Positions 1-9,764 of a stretch of 64,000 nt of DNA are shown in pieces. This DNA comes from Candidatus Thorarchaeota archaeon (lineage in GTDB: Archaea > Asgardarchaeota > Thorarchaeia > Thorarchaeales > Thorarchaeaceae), in the NCBI GenBank assembly GCA_019057475.1, contig DXJO01000006.1, positions 128,001 through 192,000 of the forward strand, in the 5' to 3' direction. The notes beneath the pieces are model-generated. The model searched no databases. It had not been told where the DNA came from and was given only the letters and a program-made list of their open reading frames with translations. The position numbers and the translations under genes were made by a program. Every line of letters starts with the position of its first letter. Within the stretch, counting starts at the first letter, position 1.

Positions 1-393
1 ATCAATTAAGCCGAGAGCCGTATATGACCTGTGTTCTGGACACTGACCACAGTCCTCAGGACAGCCCTTCACGGTCTTGGTCCTAGGATTATCCAGGCCC
101 ACTGTCTTATACCACCGTTTCTGGGCCTTTCTCCACATGTCTGCGTCGCCCCAGTAGACGTCAATGAACTCACCGTGCTTCTCGCAGGTCTTCTTGTACA
201 TGACCTTGCCGTCCTCTTCATAGAGGGTAGCATCTATCACATTTACTTCATCATGCTCCAAAATGCACTCAGGGCAGATGGACTGCGTAGTGTACGGAAG
301 CTCCTTTTCGGGATGTAGCTCAACATGGTATCTAGAAACGTCCCCATGAGTGAGTGGCTCTTCCGGAATTGGCTTTACTTCATCAGTTGCCAC
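1..393 (-). CDS. tes: Tetraether lipid synthase Tes (GDGT-MAS, MJ0619-family radical SAM), N-terminal part; runs off window start
   Basis: Not in the ORF track; translated by hand from GTG at 393 (GGGGTGGA upstream): MATDEVKP...YTTQSICPECIL...LYEEDGKVMYKKTCEKHGEFIDVYWGDADMW...KGCPEDCGQCPEHRSYTALGLID. The CPEC / KTCxxHGEFxDxYW / GCPxDCGxCPxH motifs match the Tes N-terminus just before the radical SAM motif. Confidence 0.85.
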   Translation of the reverse strand, partial: MATDEVKPIPEEPLTHGDVSRYHVELHPEKELPYTTQSICPECILEHDEVNVIDATLYEEDGKVMYKKTCEKHGEFIDVYWGDADMWRKAQKRWYKTVGLDNPRTKTVKGCPEDCGQCPEHRSYTALGLID

Positions 394-670
394 GATTGGT
401 CCACCCCATAATGGAAGTTCAGCCCACGCCCAGCAAGGCCGACTTGTGCCCTAAAACCTGGATTTTTCGGATATAACTTTTGCCCAATGTTTCGGACCGT
501 CCAAGAAGGAGGATAAAGACAACTTCTGATTTGGATTGCTAACGCACATCGAACGTTTTTAAGAATCTTCTACGATTTATGTTACTAGTTGAACCTGCAA
601 CTGTCGCAAAGCAAACGTTATATGTGCGCGATTGTGCATTTGATTTACACAACCGCTAGAGGATAATTCG

Positions 671-1255
671 ATGGAGTCCGAGAAACTTCTGATTGTGGGA
701 ATGATCGGTGTCATAATTGTGGTTGGCTTGATTGTTGTTGCCAGCCCATATCTGTTCTTGACGCCCACTGATGGGAACAATGACAATAGCAACGGCTCTA
801 GTGGAAGTATACCCCGTGACGTTGATCTTCTTGACCGCTCTCTCGAAGTACCGGATTGGAATCTCTTAATGTCGGACGATTCCATAATTGCAATACATGA
901 ACTCCGGGGCAAGTTTGTGATTGTTGATTTGATGGCGCTCTGGTGTGGTCCCTGTGCTTCTCAGAGCATCGAACTGCTTAAGGTCTACGATAACTTTGAT
1001 TCTGACTCGTTGATCATTATCTCGCTCACGATAGATGATGCAGAAACGATTGAGATGATGGCTGAGTATAAGACGGATAATGACTTGCCATGGCCACACG
1101 GCCTCGATACCAGTGATGTGTTTGGTGACTACTTCTCAGTATCATCCATTCCAACGTTAATAGTAATAGACGACAACGGATACTTTAGATGGGTGCACCC
1201 TGGCCTCTGGACTGAGAGCAGTATCTCCGAAACCCTCTCTCAAATGATGCCCTGA
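671..1255 (+). CDS. Membrane-anchored TlpA/ResA-type thiol-disulfide oxidoreductase
   Basis: N-terminal TM helix; WCGPC active site; SIPT cis-Pro loop; adjacent to ccdA. Confidence 0.85.
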   Translation: MESEKLLIVGMIGVIIVVGLIVVASPYLFLTPTDGNNDNSNGSSGSIPRDVDLLDRSLEVPDWNLLMSDDSIIAIHELRGKFVIVDLMALWCGPCASQSIELLKVYDNFDSDSLIIISLTIDDAETIEMMAEYKTDNDLPWPHGLDTSDVFGDYFSVSSIPTLIVIDDNGYFRWVHPGLWTESSISETLSQMMP

Positions 1256-1274
1256 TTGTTGAGTTGTTGAGCTG

Positions 1275-1967
1275 ATGATGCAAGGAGCAATTGAACTGGC
1301 CATCTTCTTGGCAGGGGCTTTCACGACTGGGCTCTATGTAGCTCTCTCACCGTGTCTATTCCCGTTACTTCCGCTATTTCTAATCCGTAGCCTTAATGCC
1401 ACTGATAGCAGAAAGCAGAGTCTTCTTGTAACTGGGGTTCTTGTCCTGGGTTTGATCACATCTCTGGCCGTACTATCTCTCGTAACGACTGTGGTACAGG
1501 CATTCCTGCTGAATCACTTCACTAACCTTCAAGCCGTGATAGGAGGCATAATTGTATTCTTTGGAATACTCACAATGTCGGACACCTTACGAAATGCATT
1601 GCACCTTTCCAGCTTAGCTCCAAAGGTTCAGCCGGGTAATCCAAAGAGTCTTGCAGGTGTTTTTTTGGTAGGGCTTGGCTATTCATTTATGGCAGCTCCT
1701 TGTGCATTCTCTGCAATAGTTGCCATCCCCATCATTTTTGGCGTTCAGTCGAACCCGTTTAACATGATTTTGATGTTTATTTTCCTTTCAATTGGAGTTT
1801 CGATTCCTTATCTAGCAATCGCAGTAGTCACCGGTGAAGGTAGAACGAGGATGGCCATGTCCATGCAACAGCACACACGTAAGGTTGAGATTCTGGCTGG
1901 AATCTTACTGATTGCAATTGGAATCATCCTAATACTCCCTGCCTTTGGGATTACGCTCCTGTACTAA
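1275..1967 (+). CDS. ccdA: CcdA/DsbD-family membrane electron transporter
   Basis: About 6 TM; two Pro-Cys motifs (SPCLFPL, APCAF). Confidence 0.85.
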   Translation: MMQGAIELAIFLAGAFTTGLYVALSPCLFPLLPLFLIRSLNATDSRKQSLLVTGVLVLGLITSLAVLSLVTTVVQAFLLNHFTNLQAVIGGIIVFFGILTMSDTLRNALHLSSLAPKVQPGNPKSLAGVFLVGLGYSFMAAPCAFSAIVAIPIIFGVQSNPFNMILMFIFLSIGVSIPYLAIAVVTGEGRTRMAMSMQQHTRKVEILAGILLIAIGIILILPAFGITLLY

Positions 1968-1977
1968 TGGCCTTGTT

Positions 1978-2745
1978 TCACAAGAAGAGATTCTCATCCC
2001 TAGACCTGAGAATGTCAGCTACAGAACCATCCTTCTGTTTGTACTCAATACCTCTGATCAAGGCAACCGGTATTCCTTCATTCGCTTGGCCCATCACGAG
2101 TTCTGCCGCAGAGGCGAGTTCGTCAGCTAGACAGACAAGAGAAGACCGCAGCTCTCTACCGTATAGGTCCTTTCTGTTTCTGTTATCCGTGAAGGGGGAC
2201 ATTCCAGCGACTCCTATCGCAAGATTGGTTGCCCCTTTTCTCCAGGGTCGGCCTTGAGTATCGCAGATGATTACGGGTAAGTGGAATCCAAAAACCTTGG
2301 AAAGCTTGACATGAAGTTTGCTGGCTGAATCATCTGGATGCTCTGGCAAAGCGATGAATCTTCCTGTAGGAGCGTTGCTACTGTCGACGCCTGAATAATC
2401 AGTGATAATCCCTTGTCTAGTTTGTGTAACCAGTACAGAGGATTCTCGAATTATCTCTGCTGCCTCGCGAAGAGCAAGTTCTACTTTCTCCGGTTCCTGA
2501 CCCATTTTCTCAGCGAGCATTCTTGCCTTGTCCGAGATATCCATTTCTTCTATTTTGAAGACTCTTCCTTCTGCAACTGATACAATTGTATGTGATACAA
2601 TTAGGATATCTCCTGGCTTCGGTTCTTGAGTGTCTGCTTGAAGGGTCGTCAGTATCAACTCAGATAGGTCGTCCAGCTCCTTCACCAAAGGCATGCCCCT
2701 AAGTGGGATTATCTCAAGACGCTGAGCTCGCATGGGGTCTATCAT
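1978..2745 (-). CDS. cofE: Coenzyme F420-0:gamma-glutamyl ligase
   Basis: IVSVAEG, GVDSSN, DTQGRPWRKG, DLYGREL and ADELASAAELVMGQANEGIPVALIRG motifs. Confidence 0.92.
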   Translation of the reverse strand: MIDPMRAQRLEIIPLRGMPLVKELDDLSELILTTLQADTQEPKPGDILIVSHTIVSVAEGRVFKIEEMDISDKARMLAEKMGQEPEKVELALREAAEIIRESSVLVTQTRQGIITDYSGVDSSNAPTGRFIALPEHPDDSASKLHVKLSKVFGFHLPVIICDTQGRPWRKGATNLAIGVAGMSPFTDNRNRKDLYGRELRSSLVCLADELASAAELVMGQANEGIPVALIRGIEYKQKDGSVADILRSRDENLFL

Positions 2746-3422
2746 CTCTCTTTGGAGACTTCCGTTTCGCCAATCTCCTTTGCTTCAGGTATCTCATCCT
2801 GCGGTAGCTTTTCAATTGCAGATATGCCTTGATTGATGTTGTCACCTAGTCCTGCTTGTAACCTCAACTCTATTGGTATCGCTTTGTACAGCAGAACTCC
2901 CCCAATGACATTGATGCATGCTTGTACGATATTCCAAGGAAAATACAAGATTGCATCAGCAAGAGCAAATTCGAAAGTTGCCGCGTAGAAATAGGGTGAC
3001 AAAATAAGAGTTGCGAAGAACATGCCTACCGACCTGAATAGAGAAGCTGTCACCACCCAAATGAAAATTTCTGTCCATTCACTCGTCTCACGTCTGCGTG
3101 TTATTTTCTTAGCAAGCACTATTCCCAGAATCGTAAGCAATTCAGCTACGCCCTTGAATGTAGCACTTGCTATTTTTCCTCTGTATGCAATGGAAACCCA
3201 CATGATGAAAATGGTGATGATCGAATAGAAGCCACCCAATCCAAGAAGAACAATCACTAAAGGGATTCCCGTTGGATCGAGGGTGAAGAATCCAACAGTC
3301 CTGATGTCAGTGACTCCAAGAATGGGGTAAGCTTCAAGCATGATGACCATTGCACTGAATAGAGCTAGAAGGGCTATGCTCTTGGAATCCTTACGAACCG
3401 GACTGATTCTTGGCCATTGCAT
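2742..3422 (-). CDS. ECF transporter S component (vitamin-binding)
   Basis: About 6 TM; LDPTGIP and PWNIVQ motifs typical of RibU/PanT-like S components; ATGA overlap with cofE. Confidence 0.65.
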   Translation of the reverse strand: MQWPRISPVRKDSKSIALLALFSAMVIMLEAYPILGVTDIRTVGFFTLDPTGIPLVIVLLGLGGFYSIITIFIMWVSIAYRGKIASATFKGVAELLTILGIVLAKKITRRRETSEWTEIFIWVVTASLFRSVGMFFATLILSPYFYAATFEFALADAILYFPWNIVQACINVIGGVLLYKAIPIELRLQAGLGDNINQGISAIEKLPQDEIPEAKEIGETEVSKER

Positions 3423-3529
3423 CGGCGCAGTGTGTCTCCTTGTATACTAATTTATGGACCTGTGTAGTTTCACTAAGCAGCCTAAAAACTAGAGAGTATT
3501 AAACGATTGCCAAAGGAATGAGAGAGATA

Positions 3530-3553
3530 GTCCCCGACCCGAAGACCGGGGAC
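3530..3553 (-). terminator. Hairpin downstream of the zinc-finger microprotein
   Basis: GTCCCCG...CGGGGAC 7-bp inverted repeat, flanked by pyrimidine-rich tracts on the minus strand. Confidence 0.5.
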
Positions 3554-3577
3554 AAAGGAGGAGAAAAGAGAATAGTT

Positions 3578-3682
3578 CTATTTGCCTTTCATTGCTTCTG
3601 GGTGATTCTCCATGACATGACTCTTCATTTCCGCTTGGGAGTTGAAGGAATGACTACAGAGCTTGCACTCAAACTTTGTTAA
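3578..3682 (-). CDS. C2H2 zinc-finger microprotein (about 34 aa), start uncertain
   Basis: Hand translation LTKFECKLCSHSFNSQAEMKSHVMENHPEAMKGK*; pattern F-x-C-x2-C-x3-F-x5-M-x2-H-x4-H; TATA-like TTTTATAT upstream on minus strand; no in-frame ATG/GTG/TTG before the finger. Confidence 0.7.
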   Translation of the reverse strand, partial: LTKFECKLCSHSFNSQAEMKSHVMENHPEAMKGK

Positions 3683-3861
3683 TCCATTTCGGGCATAACT
3701 ATCAATTAACTATAGTACACTTAACAATATAAAAGTATTGCGTTTGGGCGTTGAGAAGGTTCTTGTATTCGGAGATCCAGCATTTGGTCCAACATCATAC
3801 TAGCGTATACATTAGGAAACCCTTTTCATACTCAAAGTCGAAAGGTACAGAGTGACCAGCA

Positions 3862-5613
3862 ATGTTTGGTGTCGAAGAAGAAGCATACCCGCTCGAGCAA
3901 ATGATTGACGTTGCTTCAGGCAGAGCGCGCGCAGACCTCGTTCTGAAGAACGCATCTGTGGTCAACGTCTTTACTAATGACATCATTGAGGGTGATGTTG
4001 CCATTCATCGGGGCTACGTCGCTGGTATTGGGAACTACGAAGGCAACTCTGCTATCGATATGAAGGGCAAGTATGTCGCTCCCTCTTTCATTGATGGTCA
4101 TGTGCATATTGAATCATCAATGGTCACGCCCATTCAGTATGCCCGCGCTGTTGTACCACGTGGCACCGGTGCAGTGATTGCAGATCCTCATGAGATTGCG
4201 AACGTTCTCGGCATGGAGGGGATTATGTTCATGCGCAAGAGCATGCGAAGCGGTTTACTGGACTTCTATGTCATGCTGCCATCATGTGTTCCATCAACTG
4301 ATCTAGAAACCAACGGCGTGGCTCTTGATTCCCTAGATATAAAGCCGTTAATGACCGAGCCGTATGTCCTTGGACTGGCCGAGGTGATGAACTATCCAGG
4401 AGTGATCTATAGAGACCCCGCGGTCCTTGGGAAGATTCGGGTTGCAATGCAACACAATAAGCGGATAGATGGTCATGCTCCGGGTCTATCTGGAATGAGT
4501 CTAAACGCTTACGCCGTCGCGCGCATAACCTCTGAACACGAATGCACAACATTAGAGGAGGCCAAGGAGAAACTAGCTGTTGGAATGCAAATTCATATCA
4601 GAGAAGGCTCAACGGCTAAGAATCTCAAGGCCCTTGCGGGAATTCTCAATCCGGGAAGTGCTATGTTCTGTAGCTTCGTAACGGATGATCGTAACACACT
4701 GGATTTGGTCACTAAAGGACACATTGACAGTATGGTGCGGGATGCCATCGCTCTAGGTGTAGACCCAATCGTAGCCATAAAAGCTGCAACGATTTCCACT
4801 GCGAGGCACTACGGTCTCAGACACAAGGGGTCTATTGCTCCAGGTCACAACGCAGACCTCGTAGTTCTTGATAGTCTTAAGAAAGTCAATGTGAAGATGG
4901 TGTTCAAGAAAGGCGAGCTTGTAGCAAAAGATGGTGTGCTAGTTAAGGAGATGGGTGAGATTGAAACCCCGCGCTTAAGAAGATCCGTGAACATCAGCTG
5001 GCTGGAGCCTCACGATTTCCAGGTGAAGGCTGAAGGGGAACTCATGAATGTGATTGGAATGATTCCAAATCAGCTCATAACTGAGCATTTGGTAGAAGAA
5101 ACGTGCATAGTGGATGGTCTGGCTGTTCCTGACATCGACCGCGACCTTGCAAAAGTTTCAATCATAGAACGCCACAACGCGACAGAACCTCACGCCGTTG
5201 GATTCGTAAAAGGGACTGGTATTAAAGAAGGTGCCATGGTATCATCCGTTGCGCACGACAGTCACAATATAGTTGCAGTTGCTACAAATGATCATGACCT
5301 CATCGATGCGGCGATTCAGATAGTGCGGATGCACGGTGGAATAGCGATTGTGCGCGATGGTGAAGTCTTGGAGTCACTTCCCTTGCCTATTGCTGGCCTA
5401 ATGTCGGACCGCTCAATTGAAGAGGTTAGTGAGAAGTTGAAATCTCTGAATGAAGCAGCTCACGTCATCGGCACTACGCTGGACGAACCGTTTATGGCAA
5501 TGGCCTTCCTTTCATTGCCAGTGATTCCCGAGCTCAAGATTTCTGACCTTGGACTGATAGACGTTGAAAAACAACGAATCATAGGTCTCTTTGAAACTCC
5601 AGATGAAGCATGA
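3862..5613 (+). CDS. ade: Adenine deaminase
   Basis: DGHVHIESSM, DPHEIANV, DGHAP, HEC, IREGS, TDDR, SSVAHDSHN and LPVIPELKISDLG motifs. Confidence 0.95.
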   Translation: MFGVEEEAYPLEQMIDVASGRARADLVLKNASVVNVFTNDIIEGDVAIHRGYVAGIGNYEGNSAIDMKGKYVAPSFIDGHVHIESSMVTPIQYARAVVPRGTGAVIADPHEIANVLGMEGIMFMRKSMRSGLLDFYVMLPSCVPSTDLETNGVALDSLDIKPLMTEPYVLGLAEVMNYPGVIYRDPAVLGKIRVAMQHNKRIDGHAPGLSGMSLNAYAVARITSEHECTTLEEAKEKLAVGMQIHIREGSTAKNLKALAGILNPGSAMFCSFVTDDRNTLDLVTKGHIDSMVRDAIALGVDPIVAIKAATISTARHYGLRHKGSIAPGHNADLVVLDSLKKVNVKMVFKKGELVAKDGVLVKEMGEIETPRLRRSVNISWLEPHDFQVKAEGELMNVIGMIPNQLITEHLVEETCIVDGLAVPDIDRDLAKVSIIERHNATEPHAVGFVKGTGIKEGAMVSSVAHDSHNIVAVATNDHDLIDAAIQIVRMHGGIAIVRDGEVLESLPLPIAGLMSDRSIEEVSEKLKSLNEAAHVIGTTLDEPFMAMAFLSLPVIPELKISDLGLIDVEKQRIIGLFETPDEA

Positions 5614-5657
5614 TTCATCTGTTCAAAGGTTGCATTCGATTCGTTGTGGCGGGCCAA

Positions 5658-6503
5658 TTACATAGAAAGCCCTAGCTTCTCCCCGGCTTTCTTCAGCTGC
5701 TTCCGCTTCTTCACTCCATTGGATATTGCCATTAAAGCTCCAACGAAGATGAGAATTGTAGCAAATAAGAATGCAGAGAATAGAATTTGCACTACTGGCG
5801 GGTTGGGATAGGCACTGAGATTGAAGAAGATACCCCTGTACAATAGATACAAAGCTTCTACGATTATAAGAATCATTAGAGCAATTCCTGCCCCCAGCTG
5901 CCTGCCGTGTAAGTGCACTTGAAGTGATGTCTGAAGCAGTATCGCTCCGAGAAGGTTGCCCACGATGTTCATTCCCACAACCACGAAACCCATTACAATG
6001 ATAGCATCTCCCGGGAATAGGAAGAATGACACACTGCTTGCAACCCCGTAAGGGGTGAAATACTGAATATACAACATGGTGAGGATAAAAATGAGCTCGA
6101 ACACCATCATAATCACAGCTCCGAAACCAGTTACTCGAAGAATAAAATTGTCAGATTTATCTGCCCAGTCCATATTTATGAGTTTCTCGTAATCTTCATT
6201 GATCGGTCGTGCCCATTCGCTCTCAGCAACGCATGTTCTTTTTGTGCAGTTGACGACTGTAAACAACTTGCCCCCATAGTCACCTGCTCTACGGTCCATG
6301 CAATCTTCGCAGATCAAGTCGCCGCAAACTGCACAGGTTGCTTTTGCCAGTGTACCAAGATGATTCACACAGTCTCGGCTTTGACTGGGACCTAAGACCG
6401 GATTTGCGCAATACTCGCATCGATTCACTTTGTCATCATACTGGACGTTGATTGAACCGCCGCAGACCGGACAGATGATTGTTGACTTCAACATCTTGAT
6501 CAT
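5658..6503 (-). CDS. Membrane protein: N-terminal Zn ribbon + B-box-type Zn finger, then about 4 TM helices
   Basis: CPVC..CEYC; CVNH-x6-CAVC-x4-CEDC..CTKRTC; four hydrophobic segments; ATGA overlap with upstream gene. Confidence 0.75.
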   Translation of the reverse strand: MIKMLKSTIICPVCGGSINVQYDDKVNRCEYCANPVLGPSQSRDCVNHLGTLAKATCAVCGDLICEDCMDRRAGDYGGKLFTVVNCTKRTCVAESEWARPINEDYEKLINMDWADKSDNFILRVTGFGAVIMMVFELIFILTMLYIQYFTPYGVASSVSFFLFPGDAIIVMGFVVVGMNIVGNLLGAILLQTSLQVHLHGRQLGAGIALMILIIVEALYLLYRGIFFNLSAYPNPPVVQILFSAFLFATILIFVGALMAISNGVKKRKQLKKAGEKLGLSM

Positions 6504-7906
6504 CTCCTGAAGAAGGTTTCTGTCATCGGCCTATCGCGTTCGTGCTCCCGAGTAAAGGGGGCCTCGCGAAGTTTGGACTCCCTTTTCTTAACCGGGCGAC
6601 CGATCTCAATGCCCTTCTTCCTTGCCTGATCTATGGAGAGGAAATCTGTGCGTCTGATTATTTTCACTGCTTCGATTGTGATGCCTATGAGACCGATATA
6701 GAAGATCAATGGGATGATGACAATTGATCCAAGAAGCAGCAGTATGCCTATGGCAACCGGAATCGCAACAATTGCAACAATGATAACGATAATGATCGAT
6801 GCGGCATTATCACCTCCACTTCCCTTCCCACTACCCTTAGCTACGCTTCCCGCCAATCTAATAGAAAATTCAAGTACGTAACGCATGATGCCTAGATACT
6901 TGCCAAGGAACTTCTTGTAGATTCCTCCCACCCTTGAGAAGCGTCTGCCAGATTGAGAAAATAGCTTATCTATCGGGATTACAAGCGAAGTAGTTGTCAC
7001 AGCAGGCCGGAAACGCCCCTCGAAACAATTCTGGCACAGGTAGACTGTTGAGCCTTCCCATCGCTCATCCACCGGCGGCTCTTGGGCAGTCAGGCACCTT
7101 CTGCAGAAGCGATCTCCACAAACTGCGCAAGTTGTAGCCGCAAGGAACTCCGGATGGTTGTCGCACGGTACGAAAACGCTGCTGACGGCTAGAGTGACTC
7201 CACAGTAACTGCATGGTACTGTGTTGTTATCACCCATCTTCGTTAAAGGAGTGGCTCCACCACAGTTAGAACATAGAATCGCCATCCCTTCATCAGTTTC
7301 TATCCTCCGTATTTCCATGACTCGCTGAGTTTCTTCGGGAGTCAGAATTGATTGTCCGTCAGGGGCTAGTAGATTTGGTGATAGAGGAGTTGGTTGGAGA
7401 CCATCTTCAATCATCCTGGCTTTTCGCCGGTCTCTTACAATCACAGCGCCTAGTGGAGGAACAACGTAGTTCCAACGAATGACAAGATACAGAGCGAAGA
7501 TTGCTTCTACAACAACGATGAGGAGTGCCACATTTCCAATAGCTAAGATTATTTCCGTTTCGAAAAGTGGAATTGTCCAGAAGTATCCAATGCCTCTGAT
7601 GATGAGAAACGAACCGGCTGCAATCACAGCAAATGTGCTATAGAAGACCTGGGCAAATACTGCATTTCGCCTGAGGTCATCGACGTAATTTCCGATGACA
7701 AGGCTAGGAATAGCTGCCCCGAAGATGATAAGCAATACGTAGACTAAACCCAACTCGGCAATCTCAGGTACTCCAAGTTGCCATGCAACGAAGATGCCCA
7801 CGGCCCCGACAGCGGCTAGAACGCCGAAGGTCATTTGCGTAATGCCGATGAGTCTAAGGCCCCCCGGTCGGTCAAAAATGGTATCCATCTCTGATTCTTC
7901 TGTCAA
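6500..7906 (-). CDS. Membrane protein: about 4 TM, Zn ribbon + B-box-type Zn finger, C-terminal long hydrophobic hairpin
   Basis: CSNC..CSYC; CDNH-x7-CAVC-x4-CRRC..CQNC; TTG start with GGTGAGG SD. Confidence 0.75.
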   Translation of the reverse strand: MTEESEMDTIFDRPGGLRLIGITQMTFGVLAAVGAVGIFVAWQLGVPEIAELGLVYVLLIIFGAAIPSLVIGNYVDDLRRNAVFAQVFYSTFAVIAAGSFLIIRGIGYFWTIPLFETEIILAIGNVALLIVVVEAIFALYLVIRWNYVVPPLGAVIVRDRRKARMIEDGLQPTPLSPNLLAPDGQSILTPEETQRVMEIRRIETDEGMAILCSNCGGATPLTKMGDNNTVPCSYCGVTLAVSSVFVPCDNHPEFLAATTCAVCGDRFCRRCLTAQEPPVDERWEGSTVYLCQNCFEGRFRPAVTTTSLVIPIDKLFSQSGRRFSRVGGIYKKFLGKYLGIMRYVLEFSIRLAGSVAKGSGKGSGGDNAASIIIVIIVAIVAIPVAIGILLLLGSIVIIPLIFYIGLIGITIEAVKIIRRTDFLSIDQARKKGIEIGRPVKKRESKLREAPFTREHERDRPMTETFFRR

Positions 7907-8114
7907 AGCTCCTCACCTTAGCACGGACAATCAAAATCACTTGGCAGTAATTCCCTATTGCAAGAAGCCGCTTTTACCCTTTGTGGCTTCCATTGGAAGA
8001 CACAGTCAAATCGAGCGATACTACAACAAGGCCATCCTGCATTTTCAGATTAGTTTATATCCGGGGCCACAAGCCCTTAGTCAAGCGACGCTTTTCACGG
8101 AGTATAGATATTCT

Positions 8115-8789
8115 GTGGCAGAACCTGAGGATGAAAATAAACGAGCGACTCAACCAAGAATTAGTTCCCTCGAGGAAGGTGGGTTGGTTGAGCGAGTGAT
8201 GAGGTCTCTTGAGCTGACCAAGGGTGTCGAGATTGCCCGACGATATCTCGCGATGAATGCTTTTGACGGTGCCCTTACTATGCTGGGTTTGCTTCTGGGC
8301 GGATTGATTACAATTGATCCACTTAACTCCACTCCTGGCTTCAATGCTATTCTACTGGCCGCAGCGGGAACAAGCATAGCCATGGCGGTGTCCGGTTTCA
8401 GCGGCTCGTATCTTGCAGAGAGCGCAGAGCGAGAACGTGAAGTCGAGGAGATGGGCAGAGCCATGTTAACGGACATGACTGATTCTATGTATGCAAAGGC
8501 CTCTAGGACAACGGCAGTCGTAGTTGCGATAGTCGATGGAGCGGCTCCTGCTGTAGCTGCTCTGATTATCATGTCTCCTTTGTGGTTTGTTCCGTACGGT
8601 CTTCTCACTTACGACCTTGCATTCTACATCGCAATGGCTATCTGCATGCTTTTGTTGGTCTTGCTAGGCCTATTCCTTGGCCATATTTCAAAGAAAAGCA
8701 TGTGGAAGTATGCTGCAAGGACCTTGTTCGCCGGAATAGTTACAGCAGTTCTGCTGTACTCAATCGCTCTCCTGACTGGTGGAGGATAA
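8115..8789 (+). CDS. VIT1/CCC1-family Fe/Mn transporter
   Basis: RRYLAMNAFDGALT and AMAVSGFSGSYLAESAER motifs; about 5 TM; GTG at 8115 preferred over the ORF-track start, which overlaps the divergent gene. Confidence 0.8.
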   Translation: MAEPEDENKRATQPRISSLEEGGLVERVMRSLELTKGVEIARRYLAMNAFDGALTMLGLLLGGLITIDPLNSTPGFNAILLAAAGTSIAMAVSGFSGSYLAESAEREREVEEMGRAMLTDMTDSMYAKASRTTAVVVAIVDGAAPAVAALIIMSPLWFVPYGLLTYDLAFYIAMAICMLLLVLLGLFLGHISKKSMWKYAARTLFAGIVTAVLLYSIALLTGGG

Positions 8790-8870
8790 CTCTCCTTTTT
8801 GGTGAACTGCTGATGGACTTCGAGAGATTCAAACTAGTCATGTTTAGTGATGACAAGATTCCTTGAAAAT

Positions 8871-9602
8871 CTAGAGAACAAAACCTTCAGTGTCAGCGAG
8901 GGATTTGTCCTTAATTTCTGAAACCCATAGTTTGTAGGCGCAAGGATACTCAGCTTTGCCCGTGTCGACGTATCGCACTCCAAATAGCGCAAGAAGGATT
9001 CTCATGTATTTGTAAAAGGGGTCTCCTGGAGGTACGATTTCAGCAATACAGTTGATCTGCAGCCCCCTTTGTGTTACTTCATTTGGTAAGGGCCATGAAA
9101 CGCATAGTGAAACTCGGGGGTCTTTTTTGATATTGGCGTAGCTGGCACTTCCATACATCTCTACTGCACCAAGACGAAAGAGATCCAACTTGGAATCGTC
9201 AAGATGAAGATTCCTATATAGATCGACGCGCTCGTCAGCGGTGTCCTCAAAAGACCTGCCTTGAAGGGCGAGGAATTGACCCTCCAAATCGTTGATTCTA
9301 TCTTCAATCGCTTCATCAGTCAACGTGAGTCTTATCCTCTTTATGGCTGAATTAATTGGAAAGGGATTATCGAGGTTGAGTGAACCCATTGATGCCTTGT
9401 CAACTCGCGCTCTTAGCATTCCAAGATTATCCTCTTTAACGGGAGCGGTATCAGCGAGATCTGCAAGAGCTTGGTACAAGTCGTCAGGAATTGCATTCAG
9501 AGGATAGGACATTATCACTTTGTCTCTGATGAGGTCAATCATTCGCCTTTCGCGATCTATGAATCTGACAGATGTTGGTTTCAGTTCAGCCACAAGACAC
9601 AC
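8871..9602 (-). CDS. Pyridoxamine 5'-phosphate oxidase-like (split-barrel, FMN/F420-binding) protein
   Basis: SYANIKKDPRVSL and LQINCIAEIV..GDPFYKY motifs. Confidence 0.6.
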   Translation of the reverse strand: MCLVAELKPTSVRFIDRERRMIDLIRDKVIMSYPLNAIPDDLYQALADLADTAPVKEDNLGMLRARVDKASMGSLNLDNPFPINSAIKRIRLTLTDEAIEDRINDLEGQFLALQGRSFEDTADERVDLYRNLHLDDSKLDLFRLGAVEMYGSASYANIKKDPRVSLCVSWPLPNEVTQRGLQINCIAEIVPPGDPFYKYMRILLALFGVRYVDTGKAEYPCAYKLWVSEIKDKSLADTEGFVL

Positions 9603-9764
9603 ACCCTTTGGCTTCGTCCTTCCAATTGTTTCCAGAATGTAACCAATAAGCGTATCTCTGATTAAGCAATTCTAGCAAAACAATCCACCTTTGCGCCAAG
9701 CTATTGCCATTGAAAAGGATGATAAGTGAGTCTGTAAAATGAAACGTCCAACTGCTTTGAAGGA

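Noticed and set aside
31-318. Plus-strand 95-aa ORF and the many other short antisense ORFs in the track (e.g. 17098-17805, 19978-20469, 56701-57219)
   Set aside because: Shadows of well-supported genes on the opposite strand
7794-8114. N-terminal extension of the VIT1 ORF
   Set aside because: Overlaps the divergent gene and its promoter region; a better GTG start exists at 8115
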